Assembly (NCBI RefSeq): GCF_006345805.1
Contig: NC_043016.1
Location: forward strand, 30,256,001 to 30,320,000
Reading direction: 5' to 3'
Length of the DNA: 64,000 bases
Origin: Octopus sinensis
Taxonomy: Eukaryota
Below are positions 24,167 to 38,030 of the stretch, one piece after another. Position 1 is the first letter of the stretch. Each line of letters opens with the position of its first letter. The notes below the pieces were generated by a model. It saw only the letters and a program-made list of their open reading frames with translations. It was not told the origin of the DNA and did not search any database. The translations under genes and the position numbers were made by a program.

Positions 24167-26999
24167 CGTCCATCCTTCCATCCATCTGACTGTCCATCCA
24201 TCCATCCATATATATATTCCAAGAACCCAGGAAGCAAATACCAGGAACAATTACTATAAAACACTTCAACTGAAGCACTAACAATTCCTCAAGTTTCCTG
24301 CTACGAAAAGCAAAGAATGTAATGGCTCGATATTTTATCTGAGAGAGAGAGAGAAAGAAGCATGGAAGGAGGAAAGGAGAGAGGTTGTTGCTATTTTGGT
24401 TACAAGCTGTTAAATGAAAAAAAGAAAGAAGCAACAGAATGACAGGAAGGATGAAGTGGGTGACTAATGAGAGATATCGCAAGGTGAACAAGGAGGGTGG
24501 CTGGGTAAAGAGTGGGTGAGAGGAGGTAGAGAAAGACAAAATTATTGAGCCTAAGAGTCACCAGATGTGGTGTGCAGAGGAGAGAACATTGCATTGGTTT
24601 GGTCATGTGATGCAAAGGAATGAGGACAGCTACATAAAGAAGTACCAATTGCTGAACATGGAAGGGAGACATGTGATGTAGATGAAGTAGCAAAGATTGA
24701 CCTGTTTGAAACTGAAGTATGAAAAAAGTATGAGAAAAGAAGGAAGAGACATGCACAAAAAGTTTTTTCTGTGCAGGCATGGCTGTGTGGTAAGGAACTT
24801 GCTTCCCAACCACATAGTTCCAGGTTCAGTCCTACTATATGGCACCTTGGGCAAGTTTCTTCTACTATTGTCTTGGGCCAAACAAAGCCTTGTGAGTGGA
24901 TTTGGTAGCTGGAAACTAACCTTTGTATATATATATGTTATATATGTATGTATGTTCAACATAACGGATTTAGTAATTTTCATGAATGATTCATGCTGAT
25001 GGAGGTTGAGGCCCAAGAGCCAGAACCCCAAACCACGGTACATGAATATCTGAATGACAATCTTTAATGGTATGTTTTTAATTGTTTAATTCTTTAACCG
25101 TTTGCTCGCTTACAGTTGTCTCTGTCATATTCTGATGATTTCAGTGGTAGATTTGGGATTTTGACTCCTATTTCTATACAGTTTGATGCCTTGTGCATCC
25201 TTAAGCTTAGTGCCAATTTTAAATTTTATATATATATATTTATTTATTTATGTATATGTGTGTATATGTGTCTTCCTGTCTGTATTTTTCACCCCAGCAC
25301 CACTGGTGCTGGTGTGTTTGTATCCCCGTAACTTAGTGGTTCACCAAAACAGTCTGATAGAATTAGTACCAGGTTTAAAAGATAAGTACTGGGGTTGATT
25401 CATTTCACAAACAATTTTTCAAGGTGGTGTCCCAGCATGGTTGCAGTCCAATGACTGAAACAAGTACAAGATGAAAGATTAAAGTATGAGAAAAAGGGAC
25501 CATGCTGGACAATTTTTATTTGCTGTACAGGAACTACATTCTAACTCACATTTTAGAAAGAAATGTTGGGTAGTCTGTATGGACCCTTAAGATATGAGGT
25601 GAATAGAAATAATTAGCAGCAGAACCAGGATTGGGGATGGGTGAAACTTGCAAAAGTGTATGGGAAAATAAGAGACAGGGAATGGTAAGGAGAATTGTTA
25701 TCATTGTATTGTCATTGTCATCATTATCATTTAGCATCCACATTCCATGTTGGCATAGGCTGGACATTTAATAGGTTCCAACTAACCTAGGGGCGGTATT
25801 GGTCTTCAGCAGTTGCTTTCGCAAGGTTTCTAACCTGTTGTGATTTTAGTTTTGATCACGTGATTTTGATTGTCTTGATTGCTGTTATATGCCTGCAGTG
25901 GGACTGCATGGAGTTCTGTTCTGTTTGCGGCACGACGTGTTCAGTGTTGACTTCAGTTAGGCGAGAATGTAGCAACTTGTTGCATAAAAATGTTATTGCG
26001 TTGAAGTTCGGTTTTGCTTACAATTTAGCAATCTTTGTTTGTATTGTATATTGCTGTAATTTTGGTCCATTAAAACCTTTTAAACTTTGATATTCGAGGT
26101 TGGTTTTATAACATAACCAACTACCTCACAGAGTGTAATGGGTGCCTTTTTTTGCGGCACCATTGATAGCAGGTGTCACCAAGTGACTCACAAGACATGA
26201 CTCCTTGATTGAGTAGAGAGGTAGCATTGTATCACGTGTGGAGAGGTTAAAGAAGAGAGGCAAGATAGGAACAGGTGACTTGATGTAGAAGAGATTCATG
26301 GATACACCAACAGGAAAAGAAGAATGGGTGGTATTCTCTGAACAGAGAAAGGATAGGGGCAGAGAAATATGGATGACTGGGTAGGCAGATAGGAAAGTTT
26401 GTGAGAGTGGGAAACGAGAGTGACAGACAGTAGTGATGAGGGCAAAAGGAAAAGAGTGAATCGTGAACATGGATGGATGCATGGGCAATGGTGAATCTCA
26501 GTTTGGGAGGTGCAACTGATTGAAGCACTTCGTGTTGAAAGGACGTTTTTCTTTGTCCTTTTCTTCTTCTCTTTTTCTGCTCATGATTGTGTTTTCTTCG
26601 AATTTATATTTGTATTTCAATGTGGAATATTTATGTAATTAACTGCGTTGTATCAATTACGTAAAATTAAATATTTTCACATTAAAAAAACAAAAATACA
26701 CAAAAAGAAATTAGGAGTAAATGATATAGGAAGTAACTATAAGGAGTAATGAGTGATTTAAAATGTAATTTGTTTTACTTGATTATTTCAGCTATTAATT
26801 AGGGTATTTAAATCGAATGTGAATTTTTTTCCAAGCGGAAACTTAAACTTTTCTCCTGTAATTTCATTTCAATTCCCCGCAGTAGATTTGTAAATAATTT
26901 GATTTAATAGGTTACGACGACCTATTTATAATTATCTCCCCTATTTATAATTATCTCCCTTCTGTTTTTGCGTCAATCAGGCAATGAATTAATAATAAT

Positions 27000-27245
27000 A
27001 ATAATAATGTGTACAGTGCTCAGGTGCACTACAACTCATCTAAAGTGTATATATAATCAGGTGTAGTTTCGGCGGATTTCGGAAAGCATGAGGGCCTTAA
27101 AGGATGCAGTGTCATGGCAGTCAACAACTGACGCAGGCAGTTTATTCCATGCTTCAGCAACTCTGAGCGTGAAAAAATGTTTCCGAAAGTCATGGTAGCT
27201 GTGCTGTTTTCTGACTTTGTAGGCATGTCCACGTGTGTTAGACAC
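27000..27245 (-). mobile_element. CR1-type LINE 3' end
   Basis: TRGHAYKVRKQHS..FRKHFFTLRVAEAWNKLPASVV, followed by 3' UTR and a trinucleotide tail. Confidence 0.85.
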
Positions 27246-28400
27246 ATGGAGAGATAGAATAAATAAAATAAATGATTTTAAGAAATTAAATTTCAAGATA
27301 TACTATTGTAAATTAAGTTACGTGGAAGACAAGATTAGCATATGAAATAAAATATAAAGAAGTGGTTCGTCTACCTGAGGTTAATTACATTAACAACAAT
27401 GTTAATTAATGTACAGAAGAAAAATTGGTGACGGTAATAAAGTCACAGGAAAAAAAGTCACAACTGATTTATGGGACCTGGACAAAACCCCCATAGCATA
27501 ACCCCCCCCCCCCCCCCCCCGACAAAACATCTATGAACAAAACACTGTGACTTTTTCCTGTAATTATTTTTTCACCTGGATTCGAAAAATAAGATATAAA
27601 GAATTATAGGAGCAAATGTAGATTTTAATCATTCTGTCAGCAGTAGGTTGGAAGAATCGCTGAATTGGTAGAGCATCAGATAAAATGCCTTGTAGTTTAT
27701 TAGATGTGATTCTTTATATCTTCTGAACTGACAAATCAAGATCAATTTGATCTTAGATTCATTTCAAGTTCATAAAATAGTATGAGGCAAGTTTTGGGGT
27801 CAAAATAATTGGCTATTTCCTCTCCACCATAGATATCAATACAATCAATGACCAATGAATGAATACTTCTGGTCACCAAAAGGTAAAAAAAAAGAAAGAA
27901 AAAACAAACAAACTAATTATTTGCATTAGAATATAGAATGATGATGATGATGATGAGGATAAAGGTTTGAAATTTTAGTACAAGGCAGTAATATATCATA
28001 ATCATCATCATCATCATCATTTAACACTTGTCCATGCTGGCATGAGTTGAGTGGTTTGACCAGAGCTAGCAAGCTGAGGGGCCACACCAGACTTCAGTCT
28101 GATTTGGTATGGTTTCTACAGCTGATTTGGTATGGGTGATTCATTCAACATCCTTAAACAATCCTTATTTAGGGACCTTTTGAGCTTTATGGGCTACTCG
28201 TCCAGAAGAAAATTCTAACTGGGCCCCATCTGCAAGGTCATGTGCTTTTTATCTTGATACGAGATCACTTTGTCGTGCACACATGGTTGTGACGCATGTG
28301 CCTGGTGTACCCTTATCAGACGGGTGGTCATGTTGGGTATACTGGGCTTCGTATATTTTACCCCAGTGTCACTTTGATGGCATGCTCTGCTCTCTCACTC

Positions 28401-28436
<36 letters not shown>

Positions 28437-28599
28437 CCTTTCTACTCTAGGTACCAGGCCTGAAATTTTGGGGGAGGCATTAGTTGATTACACTGACCAG
28501 AGTACTCTACTGGTACTTGTTTTATCAACCCCAAAAGGATGAAAGGCAAAGTCAATCTCAACAGAATTTGAACTCAAAACATAAAAACAGAAATAATAA

Positions 28600-30408
28600 A
28601 AGACTGAAAAACAAAAACATGTCCTCAGATAAACATTACAATCCCTTTTGATAAATACATTGCTTGAAAGAGGATGAAGAAACTGTCAAAATACAAGGAT
28701 CTTGAAACTGAAATATACAGGATGCAGCACTTGAAGGTGAAAATGGTATCACCAGTAACAGGATAATTAAACATGATTTTTAAAATATTGAAACGTTTAA
28801 GCCATACCAGTGCTCACAACACTACACACTGCCCCACCAAATAGTTCTACATCTTGCTCAAGATATCTTGCATAATTCAAAAGAATAGCTCATGATTCAA
28901 TAGAATGGTTCAAATAGGATGAGCTTCACGCAATACATACTCCATACAACAAGCATCTAATAATCTAAAACAAGACAACTCACAAAAAATATACCATACA
29001 TAGCCTAACAAAATAACAGAACTTGAATTATGCACAACACACACAACGGAATGCACACTAATATAGCAAGAAGCAAGAAAGTAAATCCTATAACAAGACA
29101 AACTGGTCAGTACACCACCAACAAGAGGAGACTAGAATCCTTTAATCTACCCCATAAAAATAAGAATGCAGACCACAAACATCTCAGGAATATGGAGGTG
29201 CACCAGGTGGTGCAGCAGAAACTATCAAAGAAACACTTATAAACAACCTGTGAACACAAGACATTCTATACTGCAATTATCCAGTGAAATAAACTTCCAC
29301 CAGCAAGTTAGATAACCAATGCATTACACAGCTAGAAAATTATGACAAAATAACCACCATAAGACTACAGAAATACCTACATCAGAAGTAAGGAAAAGTA
29401 ATACAAACAGCCACAAAACACGAACAAAACTAAAAACTGTTTTCCCTCTTTAAGGAAGCTGACAAATACAAAAAAGGAAGTCACAATACCTATCAACTGT
29501 GAAGAAAAAGAAGAAACAATGAAAGCTATAGAACAACTGAAATCCAGATTAAAACTGGAACAGCAATGGACCATGATAAAAACAATAGCAAGAAAAGCCC
29601 CTTCATGGCAAGTTCTGGGTTAAACTAAACAGAAGGAAATAGACAAAGCTCAGGACTCAAAGCAGAGACTGAAGGATTTTTAACTGCAGCAAAAGATCAA
29701 AGCCTTCCAACCAGAAATTACCAAAAGCATGTAATGAAAAGAAATACAAGTAACTGCAGAATATGTGAAGATGGAGAAGAAACAATAAATCATATTATCT
29801 CTAGCTGCCCAGTCCTGGCTAAGAAGGAATATTTTCACAGACATGACAGAGTTGGAACCTACATACATTGGAAGCTATGCCAACATTATGGAATAACAAC
29901 AGAAAAAAGATGGTATACACACACACCAGAAAAGGTCAAAGAAAAGGAGTAAGCAACTGTACTCTGGGATACACAAATACACACAGACTGAGAAATTAAG
30001 GCCAATAGGCCAGATATAGTTGTCAGATATCATAAACAAAAATCATGCTTTCTAATCGATGTATCAATACCAACAGATGACAATGTTTCACTAAAAGAAA
30101 TGGAGAAACTTTCAAAATACAAAGATCTGGAAATAGAGGTAACTCGAATGTGGAGTCTAAAGGCAGAAACAATTCCTATCATAGTAGGTGCATTAGATAT
30201 GATAAAAAATATTCAGACAAACATATAACAAAAACACCAGGAGTAACAAGTATATATAGCATACAAAAAATAGTATTACTAAATGCTGCACACATCTTAT
30301 GTAAAACAATTTCAATACAGTAAAAATAAGAGCAGGACAACAAACCACAGCACACAGAGCTGCACTCAGTAATACAGGGAAAGCATGTGATAAAAGTAAG
30401 ACTACTGA

Positions 30409-30452
<44 letters not shown>
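28600..30452 (+). mobile_element. R4/Dong-like non-LTR retrotransposon (restriction-like endonuclease): two 3' fragments and a (TAA)n tail
   Basis: CCHC knuckle CRICEDGEETINHIISSC, RHDRV, NRPDIVV, LIDVSIP, KLSKYKDLEIE, IPIIVGAL; short 3' UTR then (TAA)n. A second degraded 3' end lies at about 28600-28880. Confidence 0.85.
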
Positions 30453-30656
30453 TTCCCTGATGCAGTGGCTCTCATGGCTTCTGGTCTTAACTGATTGGAA
30501 GTGTTATCATGTATATTGTTTTGTCTTAGTATAAAAGATAGACAATGGCAAATATTCTGCTCAATACCACAGATTTGCTAGTCAGTTGCTTGACCTTAAC
30601 TAGTTGAACATGTTCCTAAGTGGCTGACAATATGTACATCTCTGATTATGAGCAGA

Positions 30657-31440
30657 ACCTTCCAATAAGATCACGTGACACAGTCTTTTGGATTTTCTTC
30701 TGGAGCCTCTAGCATGTTATAAAAGGCCCCAGCATTCACGATATCTTGGTCTTTGGTTCCAGTCCTTCTAAAGACTAACCTCTGACCACAGAGCGACTCA
30801 GCCAGTTCCAGTTCCAGCAACAGACAACATGGAACAACTCAGGACCGTTCTCCACCATCGCCATTACCACCGTCGACTTCAACAGTATGTACACAACATT
30901 CACTTAGGTTAACTTCTCGCTGTTTGTGACTACTTCATCAAGGTTAACAGTCCAGAACTACCTGCTAGAATTCCGGTATCAAGTAACCCGGCATGGCATA
31001 ATAGCCATAACCTCTACATAACATGTGTAGTAACTGGTTCTACCTCGCGACCTCAACTTCTTGTACAGGACTACAACTATCGTGTAACCTTACTACGAAC
31101 TGCTAAATTAACTCCATCTTGTCTGAAATATCCTGAGAGACTCATTTCTATGCTCTGTATTTTGTCTAATACATATACATCTTATTTGTTCTTTTGTACA
31201 CACTTACACGAACACACAGACACAATCACTTGATGCACACACTCAGACACTACACCCTGCTAGCACTCACACACTTTCTTATCACTATGTACACATCTGT
31301 AAAACGGTTGTGTTGTCTTTCTTAATCATTCTCTCACTTATTCTTTATACCATGTATTTGGCTATATTCTTCTGTAGGGTGACCGTACAAAGTTTAAAGG
31401 GAGATATTTCTGTCACCAACTCCTTTACGTATGGTCGTTT
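30657..31440 (+). mobile_element. LTR-like insertion within another interspersed repeat
   Basis: TATA-like TATAAAAGG, CpG-containing, ends ..TTTCACTACA. It splits a repeat whose 5' half is 30455-30655 and whose 3' end resumes at about 31440 (same 3' end as 28290-28420). Confidence 0.35.
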
Positions 31441-31946
31441 CACTACAGATGCATGTGCCTGGTATACCCTTATCAGACGGGTAGTCATGATGGGTATATT
31501 GGACTTCATATATTTTACTCCAGTGTCACTTTGAGGGCATGTACTGCTCTTTCACTCAATAGTAATAATAATAATGATGATGATGATGATGATGATGGTG
31601 ATGATTCTTTCTACTATAAGCATAGGGCCTAAAATTTTATATCAAGACAAAAGTACATGCAAATAAGCATACATACACACAAACACACCCCACTCACACA
31701 TGCATACATATACACACATACATACACATATACACACACACATGCATACATATATAAAGAGGCACAATGAAGAGGAACCTCATCTCTACCACTCATGGGG
31801 AAAGTAGATACAAATTCACCTGGATGGGCAGTAGTGATTGACTGTATTGTATGGGTATACAATGGATTACAAGGTACTCATAGACATTTATGGCTTTGGT
31901 TCTAGAAATTAGAAGGGAACAATGACTTGTTGATCTGCAATACTAT

Positions 31947-32550
31947 AGGTGCAGGAGTGGCTGTGTGGTAAGTAGCTTGCTAACCAACCACATGGTTCCG
32001 GGTTCAGTCCCACTGCGTGGCATCTTGGGCAAGTGCCTTCTGCTATAGCCCCGGGCCGACCAATGCCTTGTGAGTGGATTTGGTAGACGGAAACTGAAAG
32101 AAGCCTGTCGTATATATGTATCATCATCATCATCATTTAACGTCCGCTTTCCATGCTAGCATGGGTTGGACGGTTCAACTGGGGTCTGGGGAGCCCGAAG
32201 GCTGCACCAGGCCAGTCAGATCTGGCAGTGTTTCTACAGCTGGATGCCCTTCCTAACGCCAACCACTCCAAGAGTGTAGTGGGTGATTTTATGTGCCACC
32301 GACACATATATATATATGTATGTGTGTGTGTTTGTGTGTCTGTGTTTGTTCCCCTAGCATTGCTTGACAACTGATGCTGGTGTGTTTACGACCCCATCAC
32401 TTAGTGGTTCGGCAAAAAGAGACCGATAGAATAAGTACTGGGCTTACAAAAAGAATAAGTCCTGGGGTCGAGTTGCTCGACTAAAAGCGGTGCTCCAGCA
32501 TGGCCGCAGTCAAATGACTGAAACAAGTAAAAGAGTAAAAGAGAAAAAAG
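31947..32550 (+). mobile_element. SINE family A with a nested family C insertion (about 32121-32303)
   Basis: Head and tail halves are separated at the central TA repeat by an oppositely oriented element. Confidence 0.8.
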
Positions 32551-32556
32551 AGTAAC

Positions 32557-33410
32557 TATAGGAAACCAACCAGGTACCTAATCACCTACCAGTCTGGTGG
32601 AGATACAAGCCAGATTGACAACATTCTCACCAGAAAAAAAAACAAAACAAAAGTTGAGTGGATAGGCAGGTGCTTGTGAATGTGAAATCTTTCCTGAGCC
32701 AAAAAGGTACAACGTAACATAGGTTACTAAGTAGTTAGTTAACTTCAGAATTAGGGCTAGAAAGACTCAGAGATGTAAACCAATATGGGAAAGGTGAGTG
32801 TGGAAGCTTAAGGATTTTTCAAACAGTCAGAGATTAGAAGTGTAATAATTGAAGGATTTGACAAAAGAAGGGAGGAGATAAAAACATATAATATAAAGGA
32901 CAACTGGATGACCTTACTGGACAATCTACTGATGGCAACTAATCATACCTGTGGCTGGGGCAAGGTTTCAGCTTGACCAAGGGTGAAATGATGGTGGAAT
33001 GGTGAGATAGACAGGGCCATAAAAGCAGAGACAAACTTGGAAAGACCGGAAAAAATAAAAGCAACAAGGAACTATATCAGGTAACTAAAAGGAAAGCAAA
33101 GCAATAGATTTATTTAGCAAGAAGAAAAAGTAGAAAGGAAGAAGTTTGCTAATGTCTTATAATGCAAGCATCAGAGGTACAAGACATTGTATGAGAGAGA
33201 ATCAAAATGCTGTGGGAGAGAAGTATTTTTGGATGGATAAAAGTGTTTTTTTTTGGGCTGGATTGAAGCATATATATCTTGTGTGACAGATTGAGACAAT
33301 TATAAATAAAAACCCTGTTCACAATATAGGTCAATGTAGATGGATAATGGGGTTAGAATGCATTATAAAAAAACTATATTAATAACAAAGAAAGGAAAGA
33401 ATATTAGATA
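32557..33410 (+). mobile_element. RTE-clade LINE remnant (end of APE endonuclease and linker)
   Basis: NYRKPTRYLITYQSGGDTSQIDNILT (APE T..S.ID motif) followed by decayed purine-rich coding sequence. Confidence 0.7.
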
Positions 33411-34034
33411 TTAGCAAAGTTTGGGTACACACATGTGTGGGAAAAGTTCATCCATGAAGTGTATGTGTACAATTGTCTTTATAGTTCTTCAAGGACTAGT
33501 TTGCATTTGAAACCAAGGAAACCCCATAAATAATAATATGTTCATACTCAAACAACTTCCAAATGCATGCTGGATACATATATATATATAAGTATGGGTA
33601 CAAAAAACATTCTTGCAATAAAAAAATTAATCTATGGTGAATGCCAATTAGTGCAAAAAAATCCAGGACCAATTGCAGAGGAGATTACAAGAAATCCTCA
33701 TAAGTTGCCTGCATAGTCTCATGTAAGCCTTGTGTATTCTCATCCAAAACGGAAGCAGTTACAATTCCTGGACTAATGGTTATGTAAACAAGTAAAATAC
33801 AGCCTCACAAGCCTCTATGAAGGTGCACAACCTGCTAGAAATAGCAACCAAATCCTCCTCAGATTGCAGTACACTTTACCAGATATTTCCAACTCAGTGT
33901 TTAGATCAACAGTTCATTCCTGTACTTGTCATCTGTGAGACTCAACATCTAAAGGTAACATTTCACCATCTTACCACATATCTTCTACGTCTTCTACAAG
34001 TTTCTTCCACAATTAGAGACTGACACTTTATTTT

Positions 34035-34430
34035 GCACATGACAGAGAAATGTGGGTCCTGAATGTAGAGGATATGTGAGGACTGGAGAGGAATGAAGTT
34101 GGTATGCTCCATTGGACATGCAATGTCAGTTTACACATGTGACAGAGTAAAAGTATACTGAGAAAAAAAGTTAAGCAAAAGGAGTGTTATATGCAGTGTG
34201 CAAGAGACTGTGCTAGTTTGGTCATGTGATGCAGATGGATGAAAACAGTTGCAAAAAATAAAAAAAGTACTGATTATTTAAATGTGGAGGGAAGTTGTAG
34301 AAGCAGGAAGACATTGGATAAAGTACTGAAGGTCAATCTGAAAATGCTGAGTCTAACAAAGGAGATGTCAGAGGACCATGATATGTGGCACATTGCAGTA
34401 CTGAAGAAGATCCACTCACCAAAACAGAAC
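34035..34430 (+). mobile_element. RTE-clade LINE 3' remnant
   Basis: Same motifs as 18560-18900 (ggtcctgaat...tggtcatgtgatgcagatg); a further piece lies at about 24520-24700. Confidence 0.7.
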
Positions 34431-36589
34431 TGATATCTTAAAATCAAAGTGCCATGTAAAATGCACTAGTGAGGTGCCATATAGAAAGCACAGGTGCTGG
34501 TGCCACATAAAAAGCACCCAGCACACTCTGTAAAGTGGTTGGAATTTGGAAGGACATCCAGCCCAAACAAGCCAAAATAGACTATGGAACCTGGTGTGGC
34601 CTTCAACATTGCCAGTTCCTGTCAAGCCATCCATCTCATGCCAGCATTAAAATGGAACACTAAATGATGACGATGATGATGATGATGAGGATGATGATAA
34701 TGATGATGATAATGATGATGATGAGGAGGATAAAACTTTAAAACTTTCACACACCCTACTCCAACAAACCAAATTACATCGCTTCTCCCACCCAAACTGC
34801 ATCTATTCTCTTCTTCACATTTCCTCTTCATACACAATGATTATCTCCCACTCCCCAATCCTGTCCTCACTGCCTCATTGCTATCCTCACCCTCTCTATA
34901 TACCCAGGGTCTTACCAGTCACTGCATCCCCCACCCCTTTATTCATACCTTTCTTGGCAATAAGCTGCCACTTGTATTATGACTTTGAACCTTGAGGGCA
35001 AGCCCTGGCACTTGCCACCATTTATTTCTCTCTTCCTTTACTCAACCATAACATCTATGTTCTGATCCCTGTTCCTTGTGAGCATACCCTGGCACATCAC
35101 CACCATCTCTCTCCTGTTCTCGCTTGCATTCTTGCTGTCTGCCCCCTCTTTCTCTCTCCTTCTTTTGCTCTTCCCTCTGGCTGGGTAACCATGTATTTCC
35201 TTTACAGCAGCACACCTGTTTCTGTCCTCATTCTTGTAAACTCTCTCTCCCTATCAGTCCCTTTGTCTCTCTCTCTCTTTCTCTCTCTCTCCCTCTCACT
35301 CCCTCCCTGGCTGGGTAACCTCTACAACAAATCACCAGTTTCTGTCTCTTTGTCTCTTTGTCACTTAGAACCTTTCAACTAACACAAGATCACCTCCCCC
35401 CATGCTCCTCCCCTCTCAAAGGATCCTTGTCTTGTAAGTTACTTGGTGACCCTGCCAGTGCTGGCGTCACATAGAAAGAATCCTGTCCACACTGTGTGGT
35501 GGTTGGCATTTGGAAGGTCATCCAGCTGTAAAATCCATGCCAAAACTGATCTCACCTGTGCTGGTGCCACATAAAAAGCACTGAGTTCACTGAGCTGGAA
35601 TGGTTAGTGTTAGGAAGGGCATCCAGCCATAGAAACCATGCCAAAACAGACACAGAAGTCTGGTGCAGTCTGCTGCCTGGCCACTTCTTGTCAAATCAGC
35701 CAATCCATGCAAGCATGGAAGACGGACATTAGATGATGGCTATGATGATATGTGACCAGTGGATCATATATCCTAAAAAGAAGCACACTCTAAAAGTTAG
35801 AGTAAATGTGTGTGGTGTGTGTGTGTGTGTGTGTGGTGTGTGTGGTGTGTGTGCGTGTGTGTATATTATTTATTTATTCTTTCTGATACTGTGGACATTG
35901 GTAAACAGATTTCTACATCTAAGGGAAAGATGTTGCTAATTTGGTTTGTTTCTTTAAAAAGCCATAAGTTGGGCTGATGCCAGACAATTTTGTACTCTGA
36001 TTAAGGCAAACATCTTGCACACTGCCATTCCCCATTCCAGAAATAATTTACCATCTTTGATTTTCAAAACCATGTTTTACAAACAAAATGAAAAATACAA
36101 AACTTGATAACTGCTAAATTTATTCTAAAATGTAAGAATGTTTAATAATCCTTTCCCCAATAGGTACAAAGCCTGAAATTTGGGGGAGGGGACTAGTCAA
36201 TTACATCAACCCCAGTGTTTCACTGGTACTTATTTCATTGACCTTAAAAGGATGAAAGGTAAAGATGACCCTGGCAGAATTTTAACTCAGAACATACTGA
36301 CAGGCAAAATAGTGTGCTAATGATTCTTTTCTATTTTAGGCACAAGGCCCAAAATTTATTGGGAGGGAGCCAGTTGATTAGATTGATTTCAGTATGCAAC
36401 TGGTACTTAATTTATCGACCCTGAAAGGATGAAAGGCAAAGTCGACCTTGGTCGAATTTGAACTCAGAATGTAAAGACAGACAAAATGCTGCTAAGCATT
36501 TCGTCTGGCATGCTAACGTTTCTGCCAGTTCACTGCCTTTGTAGGAATGTTTAATAACCTAATCTTTGATTATTTTTTTCCAAATAATA

Positions 36590-37015
36590 GTGGCAGGAGT
36601 GGCTGTGTGGTAAGTAGCTTGCTAACCAACCACATGATTCTAGGTTCAGTCCTACTGCGTGGCATCTTGGGCAAGTGTCTTCTACTATAGCCCCGGGCCG
36701 ACCAATGCCTTGTGAGTGGATTTGGTAGACAGAAACTGAAAGAAGCCTGTCGTATATATGTGTGTATATATATGTATGTGTGTTTGTGTGTCTGTATTTG
36801 TCCCCCTAGCATTGCTTGACAACCGATGCTGGTGTGTTTACGTTCCCGTCACTTAGCGGTTCGGCAAAAGAGACCAATAGAATAAGTACAGGGCTTACAA
36901 AAAGAATAAGTCCCGGGGTCGAGTTGCTCGACTAAAGACGGTGCTCCAGCATGGCCACAGTCAAATGACTGAAACAAGTAAAAGAGTAAAAGAGTAAAGA
37001 GTAAAATACAAAAGT
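36590..37015 (+). mobile_element. SINE family A, full length
   Basis: GCAGGAGTGGCTGTGTGG head through a (GTAAAAGA)n tail. Confidence 0.9.
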
Positions 37016-37249
37016 AAATAATTTGGCACAGAAATCATTTTGAACTAAGCTCGTTGGTAGACTGTACAACTGTCAAAGACAACACATTCAGATATTCTAC
37101 TTCTTACACCTTTAAGTCTATAAACATTCTAACGATTAGAAGTGTAACCAACCATTCTTGTTATATCTATATTTTGGTCACCGGTAAACTGTAGCACATA
37201 CATACAAAACAGCAAAATGACAAAAAAAAAATATATTAAAACATAATGT

Positions 37250-37524
37250 GGTAAGAAGTTTGTTCTGTAACCACATGGTCTGTGGTTCAGTCCTACCGCA
37301 TGGTATCTTAGACAAGTGCCTTCTAATATAGCCTCAGTCCGACCAAATCCTTGTGAGTGGACTTGGTAGATGGAAACTGAAAGAAGCCTGTTGTATCAGC
37401 CGAAATTGCGAAGATTATCTGGTTCTTGACTGATGACTGAGGGCTTCGAATGTCCCGTCCTGTGGTTCTTGTGTCGTCTCCTTGGTGTTTCATGTTCTTG
37501 TCCATGTTTGTATTTATTTTTTAC

Positions 37525-37562
<38 letters not shown>

Positions 37563-37785
37563 TATATATATGGCACAGAATATGTGACCTCATGAGTACC
37601 GCCGTCGATTTTTTTTCCTCTGTCTTCTCTTCTCTGGATCTTTCCTTCTCCTATGTTTCCGATGAAGAGCTCCGCTTGAAACGTTAAACCCTCCTTCTTC
37701 CCTTCTTTCCTGAGCGTCCAATAATACTTTATTTGTTCCACATCCTCGCGTTGTTGTGTTTTTTTGTTTTCTTGTTTGGATTAAC

Positions 37786-37820
<35 letters not shown>

Positions 37821-38030
37821 TTGTGTATGTGTTTGACCCCCCCCCACCACTGCTTGACAACCAGTCTTGGTGTGCTTATGTCCCCATAACTTAGTTGTTT
37901 GGCAAAAGAGACTGATATAATAAGTACTAGGTTTAATAAAAAGATAAACCTTGGGGTTTGTTCATTTGACTAAACGTGGTGCCCCAGCATGGCCACAGTC
38001 TAATGACTGAAACAAAGTAAAAGAAATAGT
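37250..38030 (+). mobile_element. SINE family A with nested Penelope-like repeat pieces (about 37396-37790)
   Basis: Halves are separated at the central repeat; the insert carries the hammerhead motif at 37655. Confidence 0.75.
37655..37689 (+). ncRNA. Degenerate minimal hammerhead motif
   Basis: GTTT CCGATGA A GAGC-tcc-GCTT GAAA CGT T AAAC. A more decayed copy of the same repeat (CTGACGA...GAAA) is at 5255-5280. Confidence 0.5.
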
